Assembly: GCA_016181405.1 (NCBI GenBank)
Contig: JACOZJ010000004.1
Span: forward strand, 71,479 to 114,312
Origin: Candidatus Wildermuthbacteria bacterium
GTDB lineage: Bacteria; Patescibacteriota; Minisyncoccia; Minisyncoccales; UBA10102
Direction: 5' to 3'
Length of the DNA: 42,834 nt
The stretch's first letter is position 1. Each line of letters begins with the position of its first letter. Both the position numbers and the translations under genes were made by a program. Shown one piece after another: positions 9,209 through 16,956 of the stretch. The notes under the pieces were generated by a model. That model was not told the DNA's origin. It was given only the letters and a program-made list of their open reading frames with translations, and did no database searches.

Positions 9209-10722
9209 GCTTTTTTGAGAGAAGGTTCAGTGAAAAATTGAAGCTGATCTCCTACTTGAATTCTTTCTGTGAATTCTACAGAAAGCCCGCATTCTTGCCC
9301 CTTAGTTGCAATGGGAATGTCTTTCTTTTCGTGCTGGACATTGGTAATTTTCCCTTGGCCAACAATTTCTCCTCCTCGGACAATTTCGGCTCTCACTCCT
9401 TTTCGAACTTCACCTTCAAGCACTTTTCCGCCTACCACCTGCCTTTTTTTATCGGTAAGAAAGACTGCCAACACAAGCAATGCACCCAAATCCTTTCTCC
9501 CTTCCTCCTCCAAGGACGCTTTTTCCAGAAGTTCTCGCGCGGCTTGGATTAACTCATAAATAACACTGAACTGATGAATAGGGATGTTTTCTCTGTCTGC
9601 CAAATCTGCGGCAGCATTACTTATTTTTGTTCGAAAGCAAAAAATGTGAGCGTGTGAAGAACGTGCGAGCTTGACATCATTTTCAAGGACTTCGCCTACC
9701 CCAGGCTCAAGAAGCCGGAGCGCAACCTGCTTTCCCTCGGGAGACGGAAGGCTTCGTAACACGTCTTCGATTGCCTCAAGAGATCCTGCCGTATCTGCCT
9801 TAACAACAACATTCACTACCATTGTATCGGAATCGAGCACAACCATGTGTTCTTTCTCTTTTGGCTTTTCTTCTTGCACATAAGCCATAACTGACTCTTC
9901 ATCTTCAAAGATGCGAAACTGTTCGCCAACTCGCGGAGCCCGCAAAAAGCCAAGAACTATGGCAGGCATAGAAGGCAAAGCTTCTTGAATATGATTGCCG
10001 CGGAAATCCTCCAGAATACGAATTTTGCCGCCGGCAGTTTTCGTCCCTATAAAATCTCCCTCCCTCACGACTCCATTCTTTACTATTATAGTAGCGGTAG
10101 AGCCACGCCTCGCATCCATATACGATTCAATAATTATACCTTCGCCAGCTTGGGTTTTATCTGCCTTGAGATCTTCAATTTCCGCCACCAAAAGAATCAT
10201 CTCCAGAAGCTCCCGTATGCCTTGTTTTGTCGTTGCTGAAGTTTCTTGCGAAGGAACATTTCCTCCATATGTTTCCACAAGAACGCCGTGCTGAGCCAAC
10301 TCCTGTTTTACTCTCTCTGCATTCGCCTCTGGCTTGTCGATTTTGTGAATCGCAACCACCATAGGAATTCCAGCCTTCTTGATTTGCACGATTGCCTCTA
10401 CGGTTTGCGGCTTCACACCTTCGTCTGCGGCAACCACTAAAATGGCTATATCTGCCACCTTGGCTCCCCTGGAACGCATTTGAGCAAACAACTCATGGCC
10501 CGGCGTGTCGATAAACGTAATCTTTTCCCCCTGCAAGTCTGCCTGATAAGCGCCGATGCTCTGGGTAATGCCACCTGACTCTCTGGAAATAATACGAAAA
10601 TCCTCACGAATCGCCTCGAGGAGAGACGATTTCCCATGGTCAACATGCCCCAAAACCACCACGATAGGGGGGCGTGTAGCGACTTTGGTATTATCCAGTT
10701 GTACGGTGTTTGGCGTCGTCAT
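9205..10722 (-). CDS. infB: Translation initiation factor IF-2 (short form, no N-terminal extension)
   Basis: RPPIVVVLGHVDHGKSSLL, GGITQSIGAY, DTPGHE, KADTAGSLEAI, GQECG. Confidence 0.97.
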   Translation of the reverse strand: MTTPNTVQLDNTKVATRPPIVVVLGHVDHGKSSLLEAIREDFRIISRESGGITQSIGAYQADLQGEKITFIDTPGHELFAQMRSRGAKVADIAILVVAADEGVKPQTVEAIVQIKKAGIPMVVAIHKIDKPEANAERVKQELAQHGVLVETYGGNVPSQETSATTKQGIRELLEMILLVAEIEDLKADKTQAGEGIIIESYMDARRGSTATIIVKNGVVREGDFIGTKTAGGKIRILEDFRGNHIQEALPSMPAIVLGFLRAPRVGEQFRIFEDEESVMAYVQEEKPKEKEHMVVLDSDTMVVNVVVKADTAGSLEAIEDVLRSLPSPEGKQVALRLLEPGVGEVLENDVKLARSSHAHIFCFRTKISNAAADLADRENIPIHQFSVIYELIQAARELLEKASLEEEGRKDLGALLVLAVFLTDKKRQVVGGKVLEGEVRKGVRAEIVRGGEIVGQGKITNVQHEKKDIPIATKGQECGLSVEFTERIQVGDQLQFFTEPSLKKA

Positions 10723-10724
10723 TA

Positions 10725-11087
10725 TTATTTTGAGTTTTGGGATTTGGATTTTGGACTTTCCAGACTCATAGCCTGATTAATTGCTTCTTTCTCCTCTGCA
10801 GATAGTTCGTGCTCGGACACTCCGCCCTGTATAGGTTTGGCGTATATCCGATTTAATTCCCTGCCATAATAGCTCGTTATGAGCACTCCGTTGCGCTGCT
10901 CATCGAGCAACGCGATGGAAAAACTCTGATCACCCCCTATCTCTTTGAAAGGGTTAAACCGTACGATACCGATCTTAGTAATAGCGTGCTGCATAGTCTT
11001 AAATTTCTCTTCCAATGCCTGCACGCGCTCCGCGAGCCCTTCTACCGTAACTTCGGCTGGTATTTGCTTTTTTTTGAATATTTTCAT
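10725..11087 (-). CDS. DUF4446 family protein
   Basis: KIGIVRFNPFKEIGGDQSFSIALLD..RNGVLITS.YGR...IYAKPI; start at ATG 11087, since the longer ORF start lies inside tRNA-Ser. Confidence 0.85.
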   Translation of the reverse strand: MKIFKKKQIPAEVTVEGLAERVQALEEKFKTMQHAITKIGIVRFNPFKEIGGDQSFSIALLDEQRNGVLITSYYGRELNRIYAKPIQGGVSEHELSAEEKEAINQAMSLESPKSKSQNSK

Positions 11088-11090
11088 AAT

Positions 11091-11178
11091 TGGCGGAGAT
11101 GGGAGGATTCGAACCTCCGATACCTTGCGGTATAGCGGTTTTCGAGACCGCCCCGTTCGTCCGCTCCGGCACATCTCC
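11091..11178 (-). tRNA. tRNA-Ser (CGA), CCA encoded
   Basis: Long variable arm; loop CT-CGA-AA; ends GCCA. Confidence 0.95.
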
Positions 11179-11251
11179 CTTCGCTCACTTTATTCGCTCA
11201 GGGCAAGCCTTCTTCTGTGGCGTTTACACTGAGGAGCAAAGCGACGAAGTG
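11177..11251. repeat. REP-like element in the tRNA-Ala/tRNA-Ser spacer
   Basis: CCCTTCG...GCTCAGGGCAAGCCT (11177-11210) closely resembles 15433-15460. Confidence 0.55.
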
Positions 11252-11322
11252 TGGACCTACGGGGAATTGAACCCCGCCCTCCTCCATGCCATGGAGGCGT
11301 AATGCCGATTTACTATAGGCCC
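11252..11322 (-). tRNA. tRNA-Ala (GGC)
   Basis: G3:U70 acceptor wobble pair, loop AT-GGC-AT, A discriminator; no encoded CCA. Confidence 0.93.
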
Positions 11323-11333
11323 TCGGCTCCCTG

Positions 11334-11405
11334 TGCCCTCGGCAGGAATTGAACCTGCATCAGGAGCTTAGGAGTCTCCTGTTCTATCCGTTGAACTACG
11401 AGAGC
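11334..11405 (-). tRNA. tRNA-Arg (CCT)
   Basis: Cloverleaf; loop CT-CCT-AA; no encoded CCA. Confidence 0.93.
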
Positions 11406-11465
11406 TTTTCAAACAAATGCATTGATGATTATAACACAATATGTTAATAACTTCCAGAGAAGATA

Positions 11466-11493
11466 TTGACAAGGTTTCTTTGCCCTTTATAAT
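11466..11493 (+). promoter_or_regulatory. Consensus sigma70 promoter
   Basis: TTGACA-N16-TATAAT. Confidence 0.8.
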
Positions 11494-11550
11494 AAGTTTT
11501 GTACATAACATTAAAGGTCACTATATGATGAGTTTTCTTTTAAAAAATAA

Positions 11551-11733
11551 ATGACTCCTGACGAAATGTTTCCACGTATTCTTGCCGATGCCGACGACGA
11601 GATGACTATGGATGACGACTCAATGGACGGAGAGGAAGCGGACGATGAAGACGAAGACGAGGATGAAGATGAAAAAGACGATGATGACGAAGCCGCGACA
11701 GAGGACGATTTTGGGGCAGAGGAGGAAGAGTAG
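11551..11733 (+). CDS. Small hyper-acidic protein (60 aa)
   Basis: About 35 of 60 residues are D/E; has its own consensus promoter and a downstream terminator. Confidence 0.7.
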   Translation: MTPDEMFPRILADADDEMTMDDDSMDGEEADDEDEDEDEDEKDDDDEAATEDDFGAEEEE

Positions 11734-11780
11734 TTTTGTTTTGCCAAATCTTGCATAGCGAGATATTGCTTGCATTTTGA

Positions 11781-11813
11781 AACCAAAACCCCGCGGTGCG
11801 CGGGGTTTTGGTT
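11781..11813. terminator. Bidirectional terminator
   Basis: Perfect 15-bp stem aaccaaaaccccgcg/cgcggggttttggtt between convergent genes. Confidence 0.8.
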
Positions 11814-11841
11814 CAGCTCGTTTCCTTGCGAGGGATTGGAA

Positions 11842-13440
11842 TTATGCTGCTGGCGGTTGGTTGTCTCCTCGCTTTCGCATTGTTGCTCGGGCAGTTAAGG
11901 CAAAGAGAACAATGAGCGTCAAGGCCGCAAAGGCAATCCCTATCCATGGGAGCCACTTGTAGCGCTCGGTAAGTCTACTTTCTTCCATATCGCAAGCATC
12001 GCCGATGCCATCTGCGTCAACATCAGTCTGTCCCCTGTTGGGATCGCTTGGACAGTTGTCTTGACTGTTGATAATGCCATCTCTGTCGAAATCGTCGCAA
12101 GCGTCGCCCCTTCCATTGCTATTTACGTCGGCCTGATCTGTGTTGCTGGTCGCCACGCAATTATCAAGAATGTCCGGCACGCCATCTGCGTCGACATCCG
12201 CTTGTTTGTAATAAACATTCGTCTGTGAGGGAGGCGATGGCAAATTGAGCACACCCTGATTATCCGCCAGGTTGCCTGCTTCTCTCACAGCCGGTGACAC
12301 ATATCGATCTGGGTTAAAGTATATTTGATAGCTATGACCTGGTTGCGCAAGAAACCGCAACGCGTGCGAACTGGTTCTCGCAGCATTTTCTTGCGCAAGC
12401 TTGAGTTCAGATATGCGAAGAGGCTGGGCATAGGTGAGTGTGATTGTCCATCTCGCGGAGGTTGTTCTTGGGAAATGAACAGTCGTTTGCCTCATCGGCG
12501 TTTTTGCAAGCACAATGTCGTTTGCGCTATCTACTTGCGCCCGTATTTCAATCGATGTAGGCAAAGCAACGTGGCTGTCAAGCAAGAGGGTGAGCGAGGA
12601 AGACGTGATAGTCCTTGCGCTTGCCACAACAATTCGGACGCTCCCTTGTGTTTCTTCCGGCAGAGCAAAAGCAGTATACGTCTGCGCGTCGCGGTCGATC
12701 ATCCTTGCGGAGTCTATGGCAGATTGATTTGTGGCACTAATAGTTATAGGTAATTCATTTATTGATGTTTCTTGTTTGAAAAAAAGAGGCTGGAAACTAT
12801 CGGTAGCTTCGTCTAAAACCGCAAAACCGAAACGCTCCAATTCTTCATTTTCAAACGGCATTTCTACCACTGTTGGCACAATAATCGATACGGGCTGCAA
12901 TTCTTTCAGCTCCTGGTATGCGCTTATCGTTTCTTGTGAGATCGTAGACAAGGCATCTACACTGCTCGCGTATGCAAGTATGCCCCCTGCGCCAACGACA
13001 AGAAGCACTGACAATACTTTCTTCCCCCTGCCGACAAACGCGGTGGTTGTTAAGAGTATACCCACGAGGAAAAATGTTACAATGCGCCCGGCAAGCGCCA
13101 TGTCCCAGACATCAACGACAAGCAGGCGTACAACCACAAGCGTGAGCAAAACGGCGCCGTATATCCGCACGATCTTCTTCTCTTGCATTTTCCCGTAAAA
13201 GTAGGCGCCAAGCCCTATAATGGTGTACAAAACCAAAGAAATCATAGTGGCAATGTCATCGCTTAATGCTGTGGCGTGCAGAGAGAGCCACAAAAGAATA
13301 TGCAGATACACTGAACCTACGATAAGCAACCCAGCTGTGAAATGAGCTGATTCTTGTTCCGTCGCTTCGCGCTTTTGTTTTTGTATCCACAAGAAGAAAA
13401 GCCCCAATCCGGAAAAGAGTACTGCTAGTACGAGCAACAC
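11842..13440 (-). CDS. DUF2339 C-terminal membrane segment fused to an exported protein with thrombospondin type-3 repeats and a C-terminal TM anchor
   Basis: N-terminal TM helices (LFVVDVW-like LLVVDVWDM...GRIV.FFLVG); DVDADGVPDILDNC...DACD Ca-binding repeats at ~11990-12200; C-terminal WLPWIGIAF TM; the frame is open upstream to about 13510. Confidence 0.75.
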   Translation of the reverse strand: MLLVLAVLFSGLGLFFLWIQKQKREATEQESAHFTAGLLIVGSVYLHILLWLSLHATALSDDIATMISLVLYTIIGLGAYFYGKMQEKKIVRIYGAVLLTLVVVRLLVVDVWDMALAGRIVTFFLVGILLTTTAFVGRGKKVLSVLLVVGAGGILAYASSVDALSTISQETISAYQELKELQPVSIIVPTVVEMPFENEELERFGFAVLDEATDSFQPLFFKQETSINELPITISATNQSAIDSARMIDRDAQTYTAFALPEETQGSVRIVVASARTITSSSLTLLLDSHVALPTSIEIRAQVDSANDIVLAKTPMRQTTVHFPRTTSARWTITLTYAQPLRISELKLAQENAARTSSHALRFLAQPGHSYQIYFNPDRYVSPAVREAGNLADNQGVLNLPSPPSQTNVYYKQADVDADGVPDILDNCVATSNTDQADVNSNGRGDACDDFDRDGIINSQDNCPSDPNRGQTDVDADGIGDACDMEESRLTERYKWLPWIGIAFAALTLIVLFALTARATMRKRGDNQPPAA

Positions 13441-14572
13441 AAAGAAGTCTTGATTAAATACGCTGGTATTCCAGGCACGAGAAACTACACTTGCTACCGA
13501 ATGGCGTACGCAATAAGGGAGATTATCCCGCTTTCAACCGCGTAGGCGATCACGAGAGTTGCGCCTTGCAATTCTTGTGCGGTTGCGGCAGCAAGCATGG
13601 CAATGCTCACCCCCAAATATACATAAAAAGGCTCATATCGTTGAGTTAAGCGAAAAGCGAGAAATCCGCCGGAAGCGAACACCAAAATCCAGGCTATCAT
13701 GAGGATGCTTTTCCATTCTTCCGGTGCGGCCATCAGAATCCATACAAGAAGGAATAATCCAGTGCCACCTGCGGTTATAAGATCGGGAATAATTCTCTCT
13801 TTTGTCAGCTTTAAAATACCGAGTATGCTAGTCACGAAGAAAGCAGCAGTAAATGCGAAAACAAAAGCAAGAATTATTTCAACGCTCACCGATCTGCTTA
13901 TAAAAAGATGGGGTAGACTCCACAGGGCTATCATGACAAGGGCTGCTGCTCCAAGGATGCGCCAGCCGGTGATGGCAACCACCCATACCGTACCAACTGT
14001 TACAACAAGAAGATATGAGAATAAAGCGATAAAATTCGCATCCGAAGAACAAAAACAGCGCTCAAGAACATGATGCCGAGCGCTGTGAAGGGAGTGAAAA
14101 AGTCGTATAGTTCTCTTGCGGCGAATGTGGTAAGCAAAACGGTCGAAGACCCTAAAACGAGAAAGGTGCTCCCTTGATATACATACGTTTTGATCCGCCA
14201 CCATCCAAGAAGCAGAATAAGGACGCCCGCAAACATGCCAAGGGCGATACGCCCCGCTGGACCAATCCAGTTATTCACAAAGGCGTAAGTTGCAAGCCAT
14301 CCAAAACCAATGAGCAAAAGAACAGCACCAAGCTTTAACAGCCAATCTTCTTTTGCCCAAACAAGGAATTTGTCGAACGCCGAAGATCCTTCGGCTTGAG
14401 GGATGAGCGCTTGAGGTGATGTTTGAGGTTGAGGGATTTGAGAGATTTGTTGGGGTACTCCTTCTTCTCGCCACACTCCTTTTATTTCCATCAACTTTTC
14501 AATTCTACGAATGCGGCTATGAAACCAAAAGGCGACTACAGTAAGAATAAGAATCACAAGAAAAGATGACAT
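13441..14572 (-). pseudogene. DUF2339 family membrane protein split into three reading frames
   Basis: 14000-14572 carries W..KLG..LLLIGFGW..TYAF.NNWI.P.GR; hydrophobic coding continues in the -1 frame from ~14048 to 13494 and again in the -1 frame from ~13500. Confidence 0.7.
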
Positions 14573-14612
14573 TGATATATTATGGAACGTATTTCACTTC
14601 TTGTATACCTTA

Positions 14613-14621
14613 TTATCCACA
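14613..14621 (+). promoter_or_regulatory. DnaA box
   Basis: Perfect TTATCCACA just upstream of the DUF2339 promoter; a chance match cannot be excluded. Confidence 0.35.
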
Positions 14622-14627
14622 GCATAT

Positions 14628-14655
14628 ACCAAAAAACATCGGGATGGCGATTGTT
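14628..14655 (-). repeat. Repeat A copy 1 (degenerate terminator-like unit)
   Basis: ACCAAAAAAC...GATGGCGATTGT, similar to 15421-15483 and 16661-16698. Confidence 0.55.
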
Positions 14656-14662
14656 CGGTTCA

Positions 14663-14691
14663 ATGGGCGTTTATGGAACGGCATGAGAACC
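14663..14691 (-). repeat. Repeat B copy 1
   Basis: atggg-cgtttatggaacggcatgagaacc matches 16201-16230 at 25 of 30 aligned positions. Confidence 0.7.
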
Positions 14692-14695
14692 CTTC

Positions 14696-15409
14696 TCATC
14701 CAATAATCGTGTCGTTTTCCACATCACCCTCAATATGGATATAACTATCCTTTAGCATTTCACATTTGGTAATTTTCAGCGCCTTAATGTTCACCAAATC
14801 TGCTTCGCTATGGAGCGATTCGCCGTCAACCAAAGTTGAGGTATTTTTGCCCCCAACCAAACAGGGCGCGATAACGATGGAAATCCTGTCTATCAATTTA
14901 TTTCTTAAAAGAATTGAGTTGAGCGTTCCGCCTGTCTGGATGGTCATTCTTTCAATACCATATTCTTCTTTCAGCCGCCTGAAGACATCAGGAAAATCAA
15001 TTCTTCCTTCGCAGTAAAGAATTTCAATGTTATCGTATTGCTCTTTTACTGTAAACGCGGGATGATTTTTCTTATTCGTAACCAGGTAGAATATTTTGGA
15101 CCTCTTCGCAAAATATTCACACCCGTTTTTATTGAGGTAAGGTTTATCATCCACAACCACAAAGCTTACAGGAATTTTTTCTACATCCTCGAGGTTCTTT
15201 TCGTTAACACCCACCTTAGCCTGTACTCTTCCGCTATTAAAAGAAACTAAGTCAGTTTTCTCTTCGAGCTCATAATACTGCTTGAGGCCCTCTTTTATAC
15301 CCCTGATTCTTGAGAAATCTTTGTCCACGTCTAACGTGTCCACATCTCCCGTAGATATTTTGCCGTCGAGCGACTCGAGCAAGAAAAGCGTTGTGAGAGG
15401 TCGATTCAT
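14696..15409 (-). CDS. RibD C-terminal / dihydrofolate reductase-fold protein
   Basis: SLDGKIS, MTIQTGGTLNS.LL..KLIDRISIVIAPCLVGG. Confidence 0.85.
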   Translation of the reverse strand: MNRPLTTLFLLESLDGKISTGDVDTLDVDKDFSRIRGIKEGLKQYYELEEKTDLVSFNSGRVQAKVGVNEKNLEDVEKIPVSFVVVDDKPYLNKNGCEYFAKRSKIFYLVTNKKNHPAFTVKEQYDNIEILYCEGRIDFPDVFRRLKEEYGIERMTIQTGGTLNSILLRNKLIDRISIVIAPCLVGGKNTSTLVDGESLHSEADLVNIKALKITKCEMLKDSYIHIEGDVENDTIIG

Positions 15410-15420
15410 AATCTCACTTT

Positions 15421-15483
15421 ACCAAAAAACCGCCCTTCGACAAAGCTCAGGGGCAAGCCTGAATGGCGATTGTCTGGATACCC
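15421..15483 (-). repeat. Repeat A copy 2, interrupted by a REP-like insert
   Basis: ACCAAAAAACCGCCC [TTCGACAAAGCTCAGGGGCAAGCCT] GAATGGCGATTGTCTGGATACCC; the flanks match copy 3 at 14/15 and 21/23 positions. Confidence 0.8.
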
Positions 15484-15504
15484 CTAACCATACTTCGCTA
15501 GGAC

Positions 15505-15523
15505 CCTATGGGTCGCCTATGGG
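15505..15523 (-). repeat. Repeat B copy 2
   Basis: CCTATGGGTCGCCTATGGG is 18/19 identical to 16198-16216. Confidence 0.8.
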
Positions 15524-15525
15524 TT

Positions 15526-16089
15526 TTATGAGTTCTTTTGAATGTACCTCTCAACCTCCCGAGGGAGCAGGAGCCTACTTAATGTGGCGTATTTTTGCAT
15601 ACCAAGCGATGGCTTATGCGCGAATCCCACATATTCTAATTTCTTCTTCCTATACCGTAGATACTGTATAGCGGGGATAAGATCCGTATCAGAGCTCACA
15701 AGAATAGCTGTATCGTATTGGTCATCAACCGCCCCAATTACTAAGTCTATCGCTATTTTCACGTCAGTGCCCTTCTCTTTATATGTTCCACCCGTGGGCA
15801 TAATCCTTCCTCGTTTAATGACGAATCCGTCTTTTTGGAGAGTCGAGAAAAACTTCTGTTGCCCCCTGACAAGGCTTAAACTCTTTGTTGAGCCATCGGC
15901 ACTACTAAAAACTCCTGTGTAATAGCGCTTGGAAACACATATCCTCTCATCAACCAGCTCGCCGACAAAACCATTTAAATCAAACTTGGACCCTTTTGGA
16001 AAACCGATTTCTTTATCCTTAAGGTAATTGTAGAAGTTGCTCCCATCGATATATACCACTACTCGTTCCTTTTGCCGATTGCCTTCCAT
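15526..16089 (-). CDS. NYN (LabA/DUF88, PIN-like) domain nuclease
   Basis: VYIDGSNFY, KEKGTDVKIAIDL, AILVSSDTDLIPAI acidic catalytic motifs. Confidence 0.9.
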   Translation of the reverse strand: MEGNRQKERVVVYIDGSNFYNYLKDKEIGFPKGSKFDLNGFVGELVDERICVSKRYYTGVFSSADGSTKSLSLVRGQQKFFSTLQKDGFVIKRGRIMPTGGTYKEKGTDVKIAIDLVIGAVDDQYDTAILVSSDTDLIPAIQYLRYRKKKLEYVGFAHKPSLGMQKYATLSRLLLPREVERYIQKNS

Positions 16090-16096
16090 GGAAGAA

Positions 16097-16105
16097 ATTA
16101 TAGCA
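16097..16105 (-). promoter_or_regulatory. Extended -10 promoter, leaderless NYN mRNA
   Basis: TGCTATAAT ends 7 nt before the ATG. Confidence 0.65.
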
Positions 16106-16116
16106 AGTTGAGCAAC

Positions 16117-16156
16117 AAAAAACTACCCTTGCCGGAGCAGGGGTAGTGTTCATATT
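16117..16156 (-). ncRNA. Candidate ~40-nt small RNA or attenuator leader upstream of the NYN gene
   Basis: Promoter TTGACA-N17-TAGGAT (16163-16191), then hairpin ACTACCCCTG-CTCCGG-CAAGGGTAGT running into a U-tract. Confidence 0.45.
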
Positions 16157-16197
16157 ACCTTTATCCTATACCAAGGGATACGCCCTGTCAAGCCTAT

Positions 16198-16230
16198 CCT
16201 ATGGGTCGCTTATGGGACGGTATCAGAACC
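16198..16230 (-). repeat. Repeat B copy 3
   Basis: CCTATGGGTCGCTTATGGGACGGTATCAGAACC. Confidence 0.8.
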
Positions 16231-16250
16231 TGTTTTGCACAATAAATTAA

Positions 16251-16287
16251 AAAAGAACCCCTCCGCAACTTCTTAGGTGTGGAGGGT
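16251..16287 (-). terminator. Intrinsic terminator of the small Cys-rich ORF
   Basis: accctccaca...tgcggaggggt stem followed by TCTTTTTT on the minus strand. Confidence 0.6.
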
Positions 16288-16308
16288 GATGACGGGCATT
16301 ACGATTGA

Positions 16309-16557
16309 TTACTCCTTGTCTCGATTGCTCGTTTGAGAACACTGGCAGAAAACGCACCAATAGCATTTGCATCCCCTTGGATGTTGCCAATGCTCTTTTG
16401 TTGGAATCCCTGATTGAGCGGCCGCACCATCACATAACAGGCACACCCTCGCTTCTGCTACGCCAGAGTAGCAATCCGTACCCGAATACGTCCTTGATTC
16501 AAATGTGTGAGAATGAGAAGCCCAATCAAAAGCAAGCACGACGTATGTTCCACTCAT
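16309..16557 (-). CDS. Small Cys/His-rich protein (82 aa), putative metal-binding
   Basis: AGGAG 7 nt before the ATG; candidate promoter TTTACA-N17-TATAGG (16600-16628); downstream terminator; CxxC and H..CxCxxCxxCxC motifs. Confidence 0.55.
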   Translation of the reverse strand: MSGTYVVLAFDWASHSHTFESRTYSGTDCYSGVAEARVCLLCDGAAAQSGIPTKEHWQHPRGCKCYWCVFCQCSQTSNRDKE

Positions 16558-16660
16558 TACAGAGCTCCTTGCAATAAAATGGTACTAGGCTACTTCCACC
16601 CTATAGCATCACCCGGATGGGATGTAAAGTTTTGCGTAATGGTTCAGTACCTTTGCACCA

Positions 16661-16698
16661 ACCAAAAAATCGCCCGAATGGCGATTCTTTGGATACCC
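16661..16698 (-). terminator. Repeat A copy 3: terminator of the tRNA-Arg/His transcript
   Basis: AATCGCC-ATTCG-GGCGATT hairpin followed by TTTT on the minus strand. Confidence 0.75.
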
Positions 16699-16710
16699 AA
16701 TATTGTTGTT

Positions 16711-16732
16711 GTCCCTCGACTTCGTTCGGGAC
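16711..16732. repeat. Short REP-like palindrome
   Basis: GTCCC-TCGACTTCGTTC-GGGAC. Confidence 0.45.
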
Positions 16733-16759
16733 ACTCAATTTTGCAGGGCAAAATTAGTG

Positions 16760-16831
16760 GGTGGCTAAGCGGATTCGGACCGCCTCTAGGAGCTCCACAA
16801 ACTCCTGTGCTGCCATTACACCATAGCCACC
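16760..16831 (-). tRNA. tRNA-His (GTG)
   Basis: Encoded G-1 pairs with C73; loop TT-GTG-GA; atypical T-loop TCCGAAT. Confidence 0.9.
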
Positions 16832-16844
16832 ATGACACACGATG

Positions 16845-16916
16845 TGTCCCTAGGGGGAGTCGAACCTCCATCCCAGGCTTAGAAGGCCCGTGCTCTATCC
16901 ATTGAGCTATAGGGAC
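16845..16916 (-). tRNA. tRNA-Arg (TCT)
   Basis: Cloverleaf; loop CT-TCT-AA. Confidence 0.95.
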
Positions 16917-16956
16917 AATACGCCCATAGTATAGAGGAAAAAATGCCCTTAGTCAA

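Noticed and set aside
11511-11786. Ser-rich 91-aa minus-strand ORF
   Set aside because: Poly-Ser is the antisense reading of GAY/GAR acidic codons; the expression signals favour the plus strand.
13494-14060. Programmed -1 ribosomal frameshifts in the DUF2339 gene
   Set aside because: No X XXY YYZ heptamer or evident stimulatory structure at either junction; deletions or errors are more parsimonious.
8059-14621. Replication origin suggested by DnaA boxes
   Set aside because: Only isolated single boxes 6.5 kb apart, with no cluster, DUE or dnaA/dnaN neighbours.
14620-16230. Classical integron attC sites
   Set aside because: No RYYYAAC...GTTRRRY pairs with the expected palindromic spacing after the stop codons, and no IntI gene in the window.
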